Source: Eledone cirrhosa (taxonomy: Eukaryota). Taken from it: a DNA stretch of 64,000 nucleotides. The stretch covers positions 238,328,001 to 238,392,000 of the forward strand of contig OZ024743.1 of NCBI GenBank assembly GCA_964016885.1. The letters are read 5' to 3'. The notes beneath the pieces were generated by a model that made no database searches, had not been told where the DNA came from, and worked only from the letters and a program-made list of their open reading frames with translations. Of this stretch, positions 1 through 13,560 are shown one piece after another; the stretch's first letter is position 1, and each line of letters opens with the position of its first letter. The position numbers were made by a program, and so were the translations under genes.

Positions 1-830
1 GCATTTTTGCAAATTGTAGAGGAGATTATCAGCATCACCCCATAGTTTGAGACAATATAGTTTTTATGTAGAAGTGGAGGGCATCGATATCTCTCCATAC
101 AGTGATAGAACATAGACGAGCTGTGCGAGGGAAAAAACTACCAGAACAGAATTTATAATTTCATTTTAGAACTTCAACTGTAAATGGATAGGATCTCGCC
201 ACCAATCCAGAACTTAGTTTAAACTAGTGAAGACAAGACAATAAAGTTGGATTGACTGTACAAGTAAATAAAAAACTGACACAGTGTCACTCAGAATCTT
301 CCTGAGAATTACGTTAAGATTAAACGTGTCTGTTGAATACATAACCACTTACACGTTAAAGTAATGAGTAGGTTGTCTCGTCGACTCATCGTCCAAAAAG
401 GAAGGTCCCATCATCTTTTTTCACATCATGGTACTCGAACTAGGTTGATGTGCTTTGTTTCAAGTTATGTTTTACAGCATTCAATCGAATTTCTTGCGTA
501 TATCAGTTAATGGAGTAATTTGACTGATTGTTATCTCTTGTTAATTAATATGATGTATAATTAATTGTCATTTGAAATACGATATTTGGCACTTTTATTG
601 AAAAAATAAGCAATCAACAATCGAAAACATTTATGAACGATAAATCAAGAATATAATTTATTAATAGCATTGTGTGGCGAATGTTCTGGAAAAATAGAGG
701 TATAAAATAAAGTGAAAGTCGAGCCAGCGGCGTAGTTTCAGTTCCTCTTTGAGGAGAATCCTTTTTCTTTACCTCTCTTACCTAATGTTAATTGGCAAAT
801 GCTTGCGAAGATTGTAGAATTTTGGAGAAT

Positions 831-1030
831 GCACGTGGCTAGGTGGTTAGCGTGTTCAGCTGATGATCGCCAATTGTGAGTTAGATTCTAGGTGGTGCGT
901 TGTTTGCTTGAACAAAACAATTTATTTCATGTTGATTCCCTTCATTCAACTGACAAAAATGAATTGTACTTGTAATTCAAAGGGCCAACCATGTCAGACA
1001 TTGGATTAAGCTGATCCTCCATTAGAACTA
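831..1030 (+). mobile_element. Degenerate tRNA-derived SINE
   Basis: tRNA-like head GCACGTGGCTAGGTGGTTAGCGTGTT resembles the head of the SINE at 48890-49159. The body resembles fragments at about 215-400, 44390-44590 and 46325-46560. Confidence 0.55.
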
Positions 1031-1249
1031 ATTTCCTAATATATTTAAAAATACAATCAAAGTAAATACAGTTGCATTTGACTAAAAGGATTGGTCACAC
1101 CCACACTCAAGACATATAGTAGTAACAAATTTGAGAAAATGTTTAAAAAAATGAGAAATGGCATTTTAGTGGACCTTAGAAATGTTTGGCGGAACCCATC
1201 TCATCTGTAAGTATCTAGTACCTCACTGAGTTTAACCTGCCAACAGTTG

Positions 1250-1344
<95 letters not shown>
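1250..1344. repeat. (TCTA)n microsatellite, 5' flank of the Tx1 array
   Basis: Perfect tetranucleotide run directly abutting Tx1 copy 1. Confidence 0.98.
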
Positions 1345-2308
1345 CTGACCGAGCTGCAGTCCTGGGTCAAGCAAAGACCGAGGAAAATGGGCGACTGGCA
1401 CATCGAATGTGCTCAGACGCTCACAGTCCTCTGGCAAACGGACCCGGCGATCAGTGGAGTCTGTACTTCGACATTCTATAGAGGGTTGGTCCGCAGCAAG
1501 TGCGACGACGCGGTCGGAGAAACTTTAGGCGTAGAGGAGGACGAACTGGCCAGTCTGTTCGGTATGACCTTCCGCCTGGGACCAATGGACAACTTCCCAA
1601 AGTCCCTGGCCTGGCAGTGCTACCGAGGAGCTCTACCAGTTCGAGACAAGCTCTACAGGCACGGGCTCCCGGGCAGGGACCCTTCGAAAAAGATCTGTCC
1701 GAGATGCGTGCGCGACGAGGAAACCGACCTGTGGGGCTATGTAGAACGACTATTGTCGCGGGTGGGACCAATCCAGTTGACCACCGAGTCCATTGTCATG
1801 ATCAAACCGCAACCCTCCTTCAAAAACGAGGGAGAGGCGGTTTTCCTATGTTTTATGACTATGGTGAAAGAGGTTATATGGTGGACGAGGTTAAAAGGGA
1901 TGAGGTCAGACACCTTTCTCTCCGGCGAGCAACTGATTCGTTTTTTCAAATATCATTTTGGAAGAAGAATCAGGATGGAGAGAGAGGTGCTGTACCCCAG
2001 CAAATTTTATAAAAGGTGGGTGAATGTGGCAAAGATGGCCCGAGTGGTTGGGCCTTCTCTCTATATAAGCCTGTAGGTTGAGGAAAAAGAGGAAGAGAGG
2101 AAGGGAGTACTCACTCTTGGTGCTCCTGGAGATGAGGGTTGTACATATTTTCGGGGTGTGTACAACCCTTGTGTAACGCCTCCCCCCTATTGGGGATTTC
2201 AATTGTTATTTGTTATTTTATTAATAGTTTTATTTTCATATACCTGTATGTAAACTTCCCATTTGTATTTGTCCCCTTCTTTTGTGCCCTTGTGGCTAAT
2301 AAAGAAAT

Positions 2309-2310
<2 letters not shown>
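1345..2310 (+). mobile_element. Tx1-clade non-LTR retrotransposon copy 1, 5'-truncated (ORF2 C-terminus plus 3'UTR)
   Basis: ORF 1387-2076 is homologous to the ORF2 ends of copies 2 and 3 (SLAWQCYRGALPVR, KKICPRC). It ends AATAAAGAAATTT, followed by (ATCT)n. Confidence 0.92.
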
Positions 2311-2340
<30 letters not shown>

Positions 2341-2360
2341 TTATCTATATATCTATCTAT
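2311..2360. repeat. (ATCT)n between Tx1 copies 1 and 2
   Basis: Direct reading. Confidence 0.95.
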
Positions 2361-2434
2361 AGTGCCCCTCAGGGCAAAAACATCCAAAACATCTTAAAAA
2401 AAAATTTTTTTTGCAAAACCACATTTAAAAAAAA

Positions 2435-4051
2435 ATGGCCGAAGCATCTACTTCTTTGCCAAAACAAGAAGATGGGAAGGGAAAGCCATGCCCACTTGAC
2501 CAGCAGGTAGTAGCAGACATGAACAAAGAAAGGCCAACTTCATCGCCTCAACATCTAGCTGCTGGCAAACAACTGAACACGCCTGACGTCCACAAACGTC
2601 ACAAGTATCCACACACCAAACGAGAAAGACAACAACAACAAAAATGAAAACAACTCAAACGACGAGAAACAAAACAATACAAACACCAACAACGAAAACA
2701 AAATATCTTTTGCACAAACGGCTAAATTATCAGTCACATATGTGCTTGAAGATATTTCAAAAGCCAACGAAATGCTGGAAAAAGCCAAAAAATATGTATC
2801 TTTTGGCGAAAATGGTTCTTTTTCTATAAATTCGCCTCCAGAACTAAAAAAACAGACGGAATTACGAACTGTCGTATTCCGTACAATTTCAAATAAGACA
2901 AAAAAACCAGCACAACCATCTCAAGCTGAAATTCAGTTAGTACTGAAAGAAGCGATGAAAGATATCATTTTCATACAAAAGGATAAACTCTATAGGAGTT
3001 TATCCATATTGATGAAAGACGAATTGGCGGCGAAAAAATACTCTGTGTCGCCAATTCGTTCCACACACTACACCTTCTTCCCCACCTACATGGGTAAAAA
3101 ACCCCAGAGAATATGGATAACCACCATCACCCCAAACATAAACTACTGGTGGTTACTAACCGGTTTCCTCAACTTAGACGAGGACAACCTCATTTCAATA
3201 GGGAAGGCATCCGGCGACGCGTTCAGTGGAACGAGCATCGAAGGTCTGACCCAAATAAGGCCAGAACGTATCGCCCAAATCCCTGAGAGCGTCATGCTGG
3301 ATGACCGTACCCACCTCAACATTATTGTGGAAGGTAGGCGTCCCTCCTGTTACCTCTGTGGCAATAGAGGTCACCTGAGGGCTGCCTGTCCTCAGCTCAC
3401 ACAGAAAAATACACTGCTACCAACACCAACACCACCCGAACAACAACAACAAAAACAACCACAACAACAACAACAACAAAAACCAACAACACCACCACCA
3501 CCACCACCACCACCACAACAACAACAACAACAACAAACACGTGAAAAAACAACGCAGAATACTGTCCCACACAACCCCTCCCCACCCAAAACAAATACAA
3601 AAACACACACACCGCAAACACTACCAGAAAACACACCTTTCCCACCCAACAAAGAAGACGAACCCCTTTCGTCGCAAGACGAAAAAGATCCTTCCAAACA
3701 GTAAAAAGAAAGAAGAGGAGGCACACCACAGACACACTTGTTAACATTAACCCTCCCCAAGAGAACACAAACTATATACAACCCACCCCTCCCCGTCACA
3801 CAACACTAACTGCTACACAAAAAAAGACTTTACAATATACATACATGAACACAGACAACAAAGAACTACTGAAAACAATTTCATCAAACCCTTCGGTCCA
3901 AACTGAAGGGCCTAACTTTATAACTGCTATGGGACTACCTCATTTAAAAATGATTAAAGTCCCAATGAACTTTTATAAAACATTGAAAATAAATTTCACG
4001 GAGGACGTGGGCCCCCCCCCTGCGCCAAGCCAATCAACCGCGTCCTCCTAA
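2435..4051 (+). pseudogene. Tx1 ORF1 (gag-like zinc knuckle), frameshifted
   Basis: Pieces 2435-2647, 2742-3704 and 3845-4051; CYLCGNRGHLRAAC knuckle; homologous to copy 3 ORF1 (GENG.FSINSPPE, IIVEGRRP.CYLC). Confidence 0.85.
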
Positions 4052-4236
4052 AAAATCCCCCCCCCCACACAGACACCCACTCAACCACAAACGCCCCAAC
4101 CCCACAACACACTGATGCCCCTTCACTTCCACAAAGCACCACCCCACCCAACAACCCATCTCCAACCAGCATGGAAATTGAGCGGCCCGCTTCCCAGGAC
4201 GCAGAGAGGTAAGTGCCTTTTCTCCTTACCACCAAC

Positions 4237-7200
4237 ATGGCTGTGCTAAGAGTAGGTGTCTAAATGCGCGTGGCCTGGGCTCATCTTGGAAGCAAGCAAT
4301 GCTTCTAAATGACCTCAGGTCACGATCTATAAATGTGATGGTTATCTGCGAGGCCCGGATCAGCAGCATGCGACAGCTAGCCCCCACCTTTGACGACTTT
4401 GAGATACACGCATCTCTCTGTCAGCCCGGAGGTGGGGGAGGGGTTGTCGTTCTGCTGCAAAAACATCTGGGTCTTGCCACACAGATAGTTCACTTGGACC
4501 CAGAGGGTCGACTGGTGGTGCTGGACCTTGGCAGTGGTGAAGGTGGAGCCTTTAGGCTGGTAGCCGCATATGCCCCTTTTGGGACAGAGCAGCCCGACTT
4601 TTTCCAGCGTCTGGAGTCTTTTCTAGGGACGTCACGTTCCCTGCTTTTAGTGGGGGACTGGAATGGTATCCTGGATGCACGTTGGGACTATTCAGGGGCA
4701 TGTCCCGATAGAGAGGGGTGCAACAGCCTCAAGGGGTTACTCGGCCGATTTGACCTGGCCGATAGATTTCGACTAGATTTTCTGACGGTGCCAACCTGGT
4801 CTTGGTCAAATCGCAGCGACCTTGATAGAACGCATAGACAGGGCCCCCGTTACTGGAAGCTCAACTTGCCCTTGCCGGCAAGTAGAGCTTACAGGGATCG
4901 GATTAGTACGTTAGTTAAGGAACGGTTGACTGGAGCGATCGTCAACAGCAGGTGGTGGGTATCTCTAAAGAGAGAGATTAGAGTAGTCTCGATAGAATTT
5001 AGTAAGGTTCTAGCTGCGGATAGGAATAGGAAGGAAAGGGAGCTAATAGATAGAGTAGAAAAGGCAATTAGAAGCGGCGACGTGGCCAGAGTAGTAGCGT
5101 CGAGAACGGCTTTGAGCCAGTTTTTCGACGCGAAGCACGAAGGCTGCGTTGTCCGAAGTAAAATACGTGCTCTAGGGAACGAGGGGACCAAAGCTGTTAG
5201 CTGGGCCCGCGTGACAGAGGCCAAGAGTGGAACTAAATCCACCATCCGGTCTTTGCGAGACCAGGATGGACGGGCGATCCTTGAGCCTAAGCAGATGTGT
5301 GAGGCCTTTCAAAGGCACTTTGCCCGCCTGTTCGGAAGGGGCGGGGAGCCGGTTGGGGATGTGGACTTCGGTCCATACCTCGACGGCCTGCCGCGTCTCT
5401 CGGACAGGGAGGCGAAGTCATGCGAGGAGCCGATTTCAGCCGCTGAGATGGAGGACGTGCTGAGCCAATGCGGCAAACGCAAAACCCCGGGTCTCGATGG
5501 TCTTCCATACGAATTATATCTAGCTATGCCGGACTTGTTCCCCGATCTCCTCGAGGCGGTCTACTGCAACTGGCAACAGAACGGGAGAATTCCCTGTACT
5601 GTGACCAAGGGCGTAGTCACGCTAGTGAGGAAGGACGAGAACAAGGGGGACGAAATAAGTAACTTCAGGCCCATAACACTGCTAAATACAGAGTTACAGA
5701 TTTTGGCCAAGGTGCAAGCAAAGAGGTTGGCGCTTGTCGTGGGCAACCTGGTGGGAGATGCGCAGATATGTGCTATCCCGTCCAGGTCCATCCATGACAA
5801 CATCCACCTCATGCGATACATTATAGAGAGGGTTGGGAACGAACCCGGCTTTGGTGGGGCTCTGATCAACTTGGATCAATCTAAGGCGTTCGATAGGGTC
5901 GACCATGGTTACCTGGATGCGGTGCTAGCGGCGGCAGGCTTCGGACCCGCTTTCAGGGGCTGGATCACTGCTATGCACAGCAGCCGCATCTGCTCTAGGG
6001 TCAAGGTGAACGGCTACCTCTCGGAGCCGTTTAAAATCGCGCGGTCCATCCGACAAGGGTGCCCTCTCTCCTCCCTTCTGTATGTGTTGACTCTCGAGCC
6101 ACTACTGCGGAAGTTGAAGTTGTTGCAGGGCATCCCTTTGGAACCGGGATATAGGAAAGCGGTATCGGCCTACGCCGATGACGTGACAGTATTGGTGTCG
6201 ACGGCCTCCGAAATCGGGGCGATCGGCACCTTACTGGAGGAGTACGAAAGGTTCACAGGGGCTAAGCTGAACCGGGACAAGTCGATTGGTTTGCAACTCG
6301 GCACGTGGAGGGGCAAACCGATTCCCTCCCATGGCGTCGTCGGACGCTGGATGGAGGGCCCGGTGAAGTTGCTCGGGCTCTGGTTCGGACCAGACCTCCA
6401 GGTGGATAGAACTGGGCGGAGGTTACGAACAGGGTGTTTGCACTGACCCAGAAGTGGGCCAGTTGCAAACTATCACTGAAAGGTCGGGCGGAGGTGGCGA
6501 ACACCTATATAGCGTCCGTCATCTACTACCGCCTGACCGTCGTGCCTTGCCCAAGGGAAACCCTCGCCAAGATGGAGCGCACGCTCTTCCAATTCCTTTG
6601 GAAGAGGTGGGCTCCCTTGGTGAGGAGAACCATCTGCTGTCAACACCCTTCGAAAGGAGAGCTGAGGATGCCGTGGCTAATGATGCGTAAACACGCATTA
6701 AGGCTACGGAACCTCCACGTATTCCTCACCGGTCAACCGGTGTGGGCCTCGTTTGTGAGACGAACCTTTCCCTCACTCACCGAGCTGCACTCCTGGGTCA
6801 AGCAAAGACCGAGAAAACTGGGCGCTTGGCAGACTGTGTGTGCCCAGGCGCTCACCGCCCTCTGGCAGGTGGATCCGGTTATCAGTGGAGACTCCACCGC
6901 AACATTCTATAGAGGGCTGGTACGCAGCAGGTGCGACGACGCCCTCGGAGAAGCCCTAGACATGGAGGAAGACGAACTGGCCAGCCTGTCCGGTAGGACA
7001 TTCAGCCCGGGACCTATGGACAACTTCCAGAAGTCCCTGGCCTGGCAGTGCTACCGAGGGGTTCTACCCGTTCGAGAAAAGCTCTACAGACACGGGCGCC
7101 CGGGTAGGAACACCGCCAAAAAGATCTGTCCCAGATGCGTGTGCGACGAGGAAACCGTTGCACACGCATTGGTACAGTACTCGGGCGTAGCCGATCTGTG

Positions 7201-7543
7201 GGGCTATGTCGAACAACTGCTGTCAAGGGTGGGACCGATCCGGTTGACCACTGAGTCTATTGTAATGATCAAGCCGCCTCCCCCCTTCAAAAATGAAGGA
7301 GAGGCGGTGTTTCTGTGCGTAATAGCCATGGTGAAAGAGGTTGTATGGTGGACGCGTCTGAAAGGACTGAGGTCAGGCACCTTTCTCTCTGGCCAACAAC
7401 TGGTCTGTTTCTTCCGATATCATCTCGGCAGAAGGATCAGGATAGAGAGAGAGGTGCTGCACCCCAGCCTTTTTTATGAAAGATGGGTGAAAGTGGCGAG
7501 AATGGCCCGTGTGAATGGGCCTTCTCTTTACATAAGCCTGTAG
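4237..7543 (+). pseudogene. Tx1 ORF2 (APE endonuclease, reverse transcriptase), disrupted
   Basis: LVGDWN, PGLDGLPYE, NFRPITLLN, DQSKAFDRV, RQGCPLS and YADD motifs. Frameshifts near 4260 and 6410. An in-frame deletion at about 4817 removes the SDH segment that copy 3 retains. Confidence 0.92.
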
Positions 7544-8024
7544 GTGGAAAAGAGGAAGGAACGAGGGAGCACCCCCTCCCTATGCTCCTGAGGAGAAGGG
7601 TTGCACACTTTTTTCGGGGGTGTGTGCGACCCCCCAAGGCGCCTCCTCTCTATTGAGGATTTTGTTATAAATTTTATTTTGTTATATTTTATATTTTATT
7701 TTATTTTTGTATTTTGTTATTGCCTCCTCCTTATTGAGGACGCCTTTGCATGTAAACTCCCCCCATTGTACTTGTCCCACTTTTTGATGCCCTGGTGGCA
7801 AATAAAAAGAAACATACCTATCTTGATAGAGTAAGACACGCTTCACATCGGCTCCGCTATTCCATCGGGATTTACCCTTACTATTGTAAGTACCGGATAA
7901 ATTTTTCAGTGCAACACATTTGGAACACTAACCCTGTTATTTAGGGAAACATTTTTGCATTTACCCCCTTTTTAGGGGGTAAAATAAATATCTATTTTTG
8001 CCGAAAAATTTCTTTCTTGGCAGC

Positions 8025-9850
8025 ATGGCGGAAAAGATGGCAGACATGTCTGCCATTAGCTCTGCCACGCCCCCCAAGTCTGAAGAACAAAAAATAATTA
8101 CAACAAAATTAGACAACGAAACAAACAAAGAAAATGAAAAAACAAATGTTAAGGAAAATGAGCAAACGGAAAACAAACAAACAGAAAATAATACAAATAA
8201 CAACAGGGCAACTTTCGCCCAGAAAACAAAACAATCCATTACATACACACCAATTGACCTAACTGCCGCCAGAGAAAAACTGGCCGAAGCAAAGAAACAC
8301 ATTGTTTTGGGGGAGAACGGAATGTTTTCCATTAACTCACCCCCAGAATTCAAGAAAGCGAGAACAGAGAACACAGTTCTCTTCAGAACAATCCTAAACC
8401 AAACAAGAAAGCCAGCACAGCCCAGCCAAATGGAGATAGAGCTGGTCCTAAAAGACTATATGAAGAATATTCTCTTCATACGAAAGGACCGACTCTATGG
8501 CAGCATTTCGGTCCTAACAAAAGACAAGGAAACGGCGGAGAAGCTTTCCCTAAGCCCACTCTCATCGACAACATACAGCTTCTATCCCTCCTACATGGGT
8601 AGAAGAACACAGAGAGTAAAAGTAAAAACAATGCTGCCCACAATGGACTTCTGGTGGGCTATTGCTGGCTTCATAGATATGGGCGAAGACACAATGCTGT
8701 CAATGGGGAAGGCAACTGGAGATGCGTTCCTGGGAATGGGCCTCGACATACTAGTCCAAATGCGGCCCGAAAGAATAGCACAAATCCCGGATCGCATCTG
8801 GCTGGATGACCTTACCCCAATAGACATAATTGTAGAGGGGAGAAGACCAGCATGCTATTTATGCATGGAAAGGGGACACGTTAAGGCTAACTGCCCGAAA
8901 CGTATCCCCCAAAAAGGACTATTGCCCACACCCACCACAAACAGTACACCAACACCACCCACCTCCAAAAATACACCAATACCACACACAGCAAACAAAA
9001 TACAGACACCACCAACCACAAACACAACACAAACATCACCACCACCAGCACCAAACACAAGCACGACACAAAAATCACCACCACCAACCACAACACAAAC
9101 ATCACCATCACCAACCACAAGCACGACACAAACATTACCACCACCACCACAAAACCCATTCCAAACAAATAATAAAAAAAACAGTAACAAATCTACCCCT
9201 CCCGTAAAAAAACAACAACCACACAACACGTCCCTCCCACCTAGCGCTGAAGAGTTTCCCCCAACTTCTGAAAAAGAAGGAGGAGAAGCCTTCAGACAAG
9301 TTAAAAGAAAAAAAGAAAACACACACCCAGCACACCACAAATAACCCACACACAAACGCCAACTCCAATCAAAAACACCCCACCCTCAACAAACAAAAAT
9401 AAATCTGCGCCTCCCCTCTCCGAAACATTGACAGCATCACAAAAAAAGACGTTGCAATACACATATATAAATAAAGAAAACAAAAAACTGGTTAAATTAA
9501 TAAACAATAACCCTATGGTGCAGACCGAAGGGCCAAACTTTATCTCAACAGAGAACTTCACCCATTTAAAAATGATAAAGGTCCCTCTGGACCTTTATCG
9601 TTCCTTAAAAGAACAATTTAGATGGGACGTGAGCCCCCCCTGTTTAAAACCGTTAAATCGCGTCCTCTTGAAAGATTTCCCCATAACCGCCCCTCTCCCT
9701 GACACAACTCCAAATACCCCAACCCCACCACACACAGGTACCCCCACACCACCACAAAACATCCCTCCACCCAACACACCTGATGCCATGGAAATTACAC
9801 AACCCGGAGAGGTAGGTGCTTTTCTTTCTTCACTTTCAACACCAAAATAG
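8025..9850 (+). pseudogene. Tx1 ORF1, frameshifted near 9340
   Basis: ORFs 7998-9344 and 9428-9850; CYLCMERGHVKANC knuckle; Pro/Thr-rich linker. Confidence 0.85.
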
Positions 9851-9855
9851 ATCAA

Positions 9856-12800
9856 TTGAGAGTTGGCTGTTTGAACGCGCGTGGCCTGGGCTCAGCTTGG
9901 AAGCAAGCAAAGCTTCTAAATGACCTCAGGTCACAAAGTATAGATGTGATGGTTGTTTGCGAGAGTCGGATCAGCAGCGTGAGACAGCTGGCGCCCGCCT
10001 TCGATGACTTTGAGATGCACGCATCTCTCTGTCAACCCGGAGGGGGGGGGGGGGAGAGAGTTGCTGTACTGCTGATAAACGTCTGGCTCTCGACGTACAG
10101 ATTGTTCACTCGGACCCGGGGGGTCGATTACTGGTGCTGGACGTCGGGGGCGGTGAAGGCGGGGCTTTCAGACTGGTCGGTCTTTATGCCCCCTTCGGGG
10201 CGGAAAGAGCCGACTTCTTCCAGCGTCTGGAGACTTTTCTAGGAACGTCGCGTTCCCTGCTTTTAGTGGGGGACTGGAATGGAATCCTAGATGCGCGTTG
10301 GGACTATGCAGGGGCATGTCCCGATAGAGGGGGGTGTAGCAGCCTCAAGGGGTTACTCGATCGATTCGACCTGGTCGATAGATTTCGACTAGATTGTCCA
10401 ACTGCGCCAACCTGGACCTGGGCAAACCGCAGTGGACAATCTAGATCGTACCTACATAGGTTTTTGGTTAAGAGTAAGGATAGGGACGTATTTAGTTGTC
10501 CAGAATTGATCATGGTTGGCTATTCAGATCACAAATTAGTAACCTGCGTGGTCAACCTTGATAGAACGCATAGACAGGGTCCCGGTTACTGGAAGATGAA
10601 CTTGTCCTTGCCGGCAAAGAAAGATTACAGGAACCGGATTAGTAGCTTAGTTAAGATGCGGTTGACGGGAGCGATCGTCAACAGTAGGTGGTGGGTATCT
10701 CTAAAGAGAGAGATTAGAGTAAGTTCGATAGGTTACAGTAAGGAACTAGCGGCGAATAGAAATAGGAAGGAAAGGGAGTTAACAGATAAACTAGAAGAGG
10801 TGATTAGGAGCGGAGACGTAGCCAGAGGTTAGCGGCGAGAACGGCGTTGAGCCAGTTCTTTGACGCGAAGCACGAAGGCTGCGTTGTCCGAAGTAAAATA
10901 CGTGCTTTAGGAAACGAGGGGACCAAAGCTGTTAGCTGGGCCCGCCTGACAGAAGCCAAGAGTGGGATTAAATCCACCATTCGGTCTTTGCGAGACCAGG
11001 ATGGACGGGTGATCCTTGAACCTGAGCGGATGTGCGAGACCTTTCAAAGGCACTTTGCTCGACTGTTCGGAGGGGGCGGGGGGCCGGACGGGGATGTGGA
11101 CTTCGGTCCATACCTCGACGGTCTACCGCGTCTTTCGAGCGGCGAAGCGGAGTGCTGCGAAAGGCCAATCACAGCCACTGAAATCGGGGAAGCGCTCAGC
11201 CAATGCAGCAGACGCAAATCTCCGGGTCTCGATGGTCTACCATACGAACTTTATTTAGCTATGCCGGTCTTGTTCTCCGAACTCCTCGAGGCTGTTTATT
11301 GCAACTGGCAACAGAACGGGAGAATTCCCTGTTCTGTGACCAAGGGCGTGGTCACGCTAGTGAGGAAGGACGAGAGCAAGGGGGACGACTTAAGTAACTT
11401 CAGGCCCATAACTCTGCTGAATGCAGAGTTACAGATTTTGGCCAAGGTGTTGGCGAAGAGGTTGGCGCTTGTGGTGGGTGGTTTGGTGGGAGACGCGCAG
11501 ACATGCGCTATCCCGTCCAGGTCCATTCACAACAACCTCCACCTCATGCGATACATCATAGAGAGGGTTGGCAACGAACCCGGCTTTGGTGGGGTCCTGA
11601 TCAACTTGGATCAATCTAAGGCGTTCGATAGGGTCGACCATGGTTACCTGGATGCGGTGCTAGCGGCGGCGAGCTTCGGACCCGTTTTCAGGGGCTGGAT
11701 TTCTGCCATGCACAGTGGCAACATCTACTCTAGGATTAAAGTAAACGGCTACCTCTCGGAGCCGTTTCAAATCACCCGGTCCATCAGACAGGGGTGCCCT
11801 CTCTCCTCCCTTCTGTACGTATTGACTCTCGAGCCACTGCTGCGGAAGTTGGAGTTGCTGCGGGGCATACCCCTGGAACCGGGATTGCACAAAGCGGTCT
11901 CGGCCTATGCCGACGACGTAACAGTAATGGTGGCGGACGCCTCGGAAATCGGGGCGATCGCCACCCTACTGGAGGAATACGAAAGGCTGACGGGGGCTAG
12001 GCTGAACCAGGACAAGTCAGTCGGTTTGCAACTCGGAACGTGGAGGGGCAAACCGATGCCGTTAGACGGTGTCGTCGGGCGGTGGACGGAGGGCCCGGTG
12101 AAGCTGCTCGGGGTCTGTTTCGGACCGGACCTCCAGGTGGAGAAGAATTGGGGCGAGGTGACGAGCAGGGTGTTTGCGCTGACCCAGAAGTGGGCCAAGT
12201 GCAAACTATCACTGAAAGGTCGGGCGGAGGTGACGAACGCTTACATAGCGTCCGTCATCTACTACCGCCTGACCGTCGTGCCTTGCCCCAAGAAAAAGCT
12301 CACCATCATGGAACGCATGCTTTTCCAGTTCCTCTGGAAGAAGCGGCCTCCCATGGTGAGGAGATCCATCTGCTGCCAGCACCCTTCGAAAGGAGGGCTG
12401 GGTATGCCGTGGCTGTTGATGCGTAGGCACGCATTGAGGCTACGGCATCTACAGGTATTCCTCAACGGTCAGCCGGTGTGGGCCCCGTTTGTGAGGCGAG
12501 CCTTCCCACAGCTCGTCTCGCTCACCGAACTGCAATCCTGGGTGAAGCAAAGACCGAGAAAACTGGGCAACTGGCATACCGAGTGTGCCCAGGCGCTCAC
12601 GGCTATCTGGCAAGCGGACCCGACTATCAGTGGAGAATCCACCTCGACATTCTATAGAGGGTTGGTGGCTAGCAAGGGCGACGACACCCTTGGAGAGTCG
12701 CTAGGCATGGAGGAGGACGAACTGGCCAGCCTGTTCGGTAGAACTTTCGGCCCGGGACCCATGGACAACTTCCAGAGGTCCCTAGCCTGGCAGTGTTACC

Positions 12801-13288
12801 GGGGGGCTCTGCCCGTTCGAGAAAAGCTCTACAGACACGGGCGCCCGGGCAGGGATCCCGCGAAAAAGATCTGTCCCAGATGCGTGCGCGACGAGGAAAC
12901 CGTTGCGCATGCACTGGTACACTGCCCGGGCGTTGCCGATCTGTAGGGCTACGTCGAACGACTGCTGTCGCGTGTGGCGCCGATTCGATTAACCGCCGAG
13001 TCTGTGGTGAACATCAAGCCGCCTCCTCCCTTCAGAAATGAAGCAGAGGCGGTCTTTCTGTGCGTAATAGCCATGATAAAAGAGGTTGTGTGGTGGACGC
13101 GCCTGAAAGGTCTGAGGTCGGGTGACTTTCTCTCCGGCCATCACCTGGTTTACTTATTCCGATACCACGTCGGAAGAAGGATCAGGATGGAGAGAGAAGT
13201 GCTTGGCCCCAGACAGTTTTATGAAAGGTGGGTGAAAGAAGCGAGAATGGCCCGTGTAAATGGGCCTTCTCTCTACATTGTTCTGTAG
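9856..13288 (+). pseudogene. Tx1 ORF2 (APE, RT, CCHC), disrupted
   Basis: CLNARGL, GDWN, YSDH, YADD and CPRC..ETVAHALVHC motifs. Frameshifts near 10050-10080 and 10830. TGG>TAG stop at 12944. Confidence 0.93.
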
Positions 13289-13520
13289 GTGAAGAAGTGA
13301 AGAGGAAAGAGGGAGCGCCTCCTCTCTGGGCTTCCTCCGCGAAAAGAGTTGCACACTTTTCGGGGGTATGTGCAATCCCCAACACGCCCCCTCCCTTTTG
13401 AGGACTTTTTATTGTTATATTATTATTGTTATTCCTTTTTCTTTACTCGATTTATGTAAACTCCCCCACTGTGTAAATGTCCCCTTCTTTTGTGCCCTCG
13501 TGGCAAATAAATAGAAATTT

Positions 13521-13527
13521 ATCTATC

Positions 13528-13558
<31 letters not shown>

Positions 13559-13560
13559 CT
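13521..13560. repeat. (ATCT)n, 3' flank of the Tx1 array
   Basis: Direct reading. Confidence 0.95.

Larger units (their letters stand above)
2361..7823 (+). mobile_element. Tx1-clade non-LTR retrotransposon copy 2, near full length, disrupted
   Basis: ORF1 with CCHC knuckle; ORF2 with APE, RT and C-terminal CPRC; 3'UTR with AATAAA at 7801 and a short ACCTATCT tail. Confidence 0.93.
7824..13520 (+). mobile_element. Tx1-clade non-LTR retrotransposon copy 3, full length, disrupted
   Basis: About 200-nt 5'UTR, ORF1, ORF2, and a 3'UTR ending AATAAATAGAAATTT followed by (ATCT)n. Confidence 0.93.

Noticed and set aside
1451-13385. Antisense and alternate-frame ORFs within the Tx1 copies
   Set aside because: They are shadows of GC-richer ORF2 or of C/A-skewed ORF1 sequence with no independent motifs.
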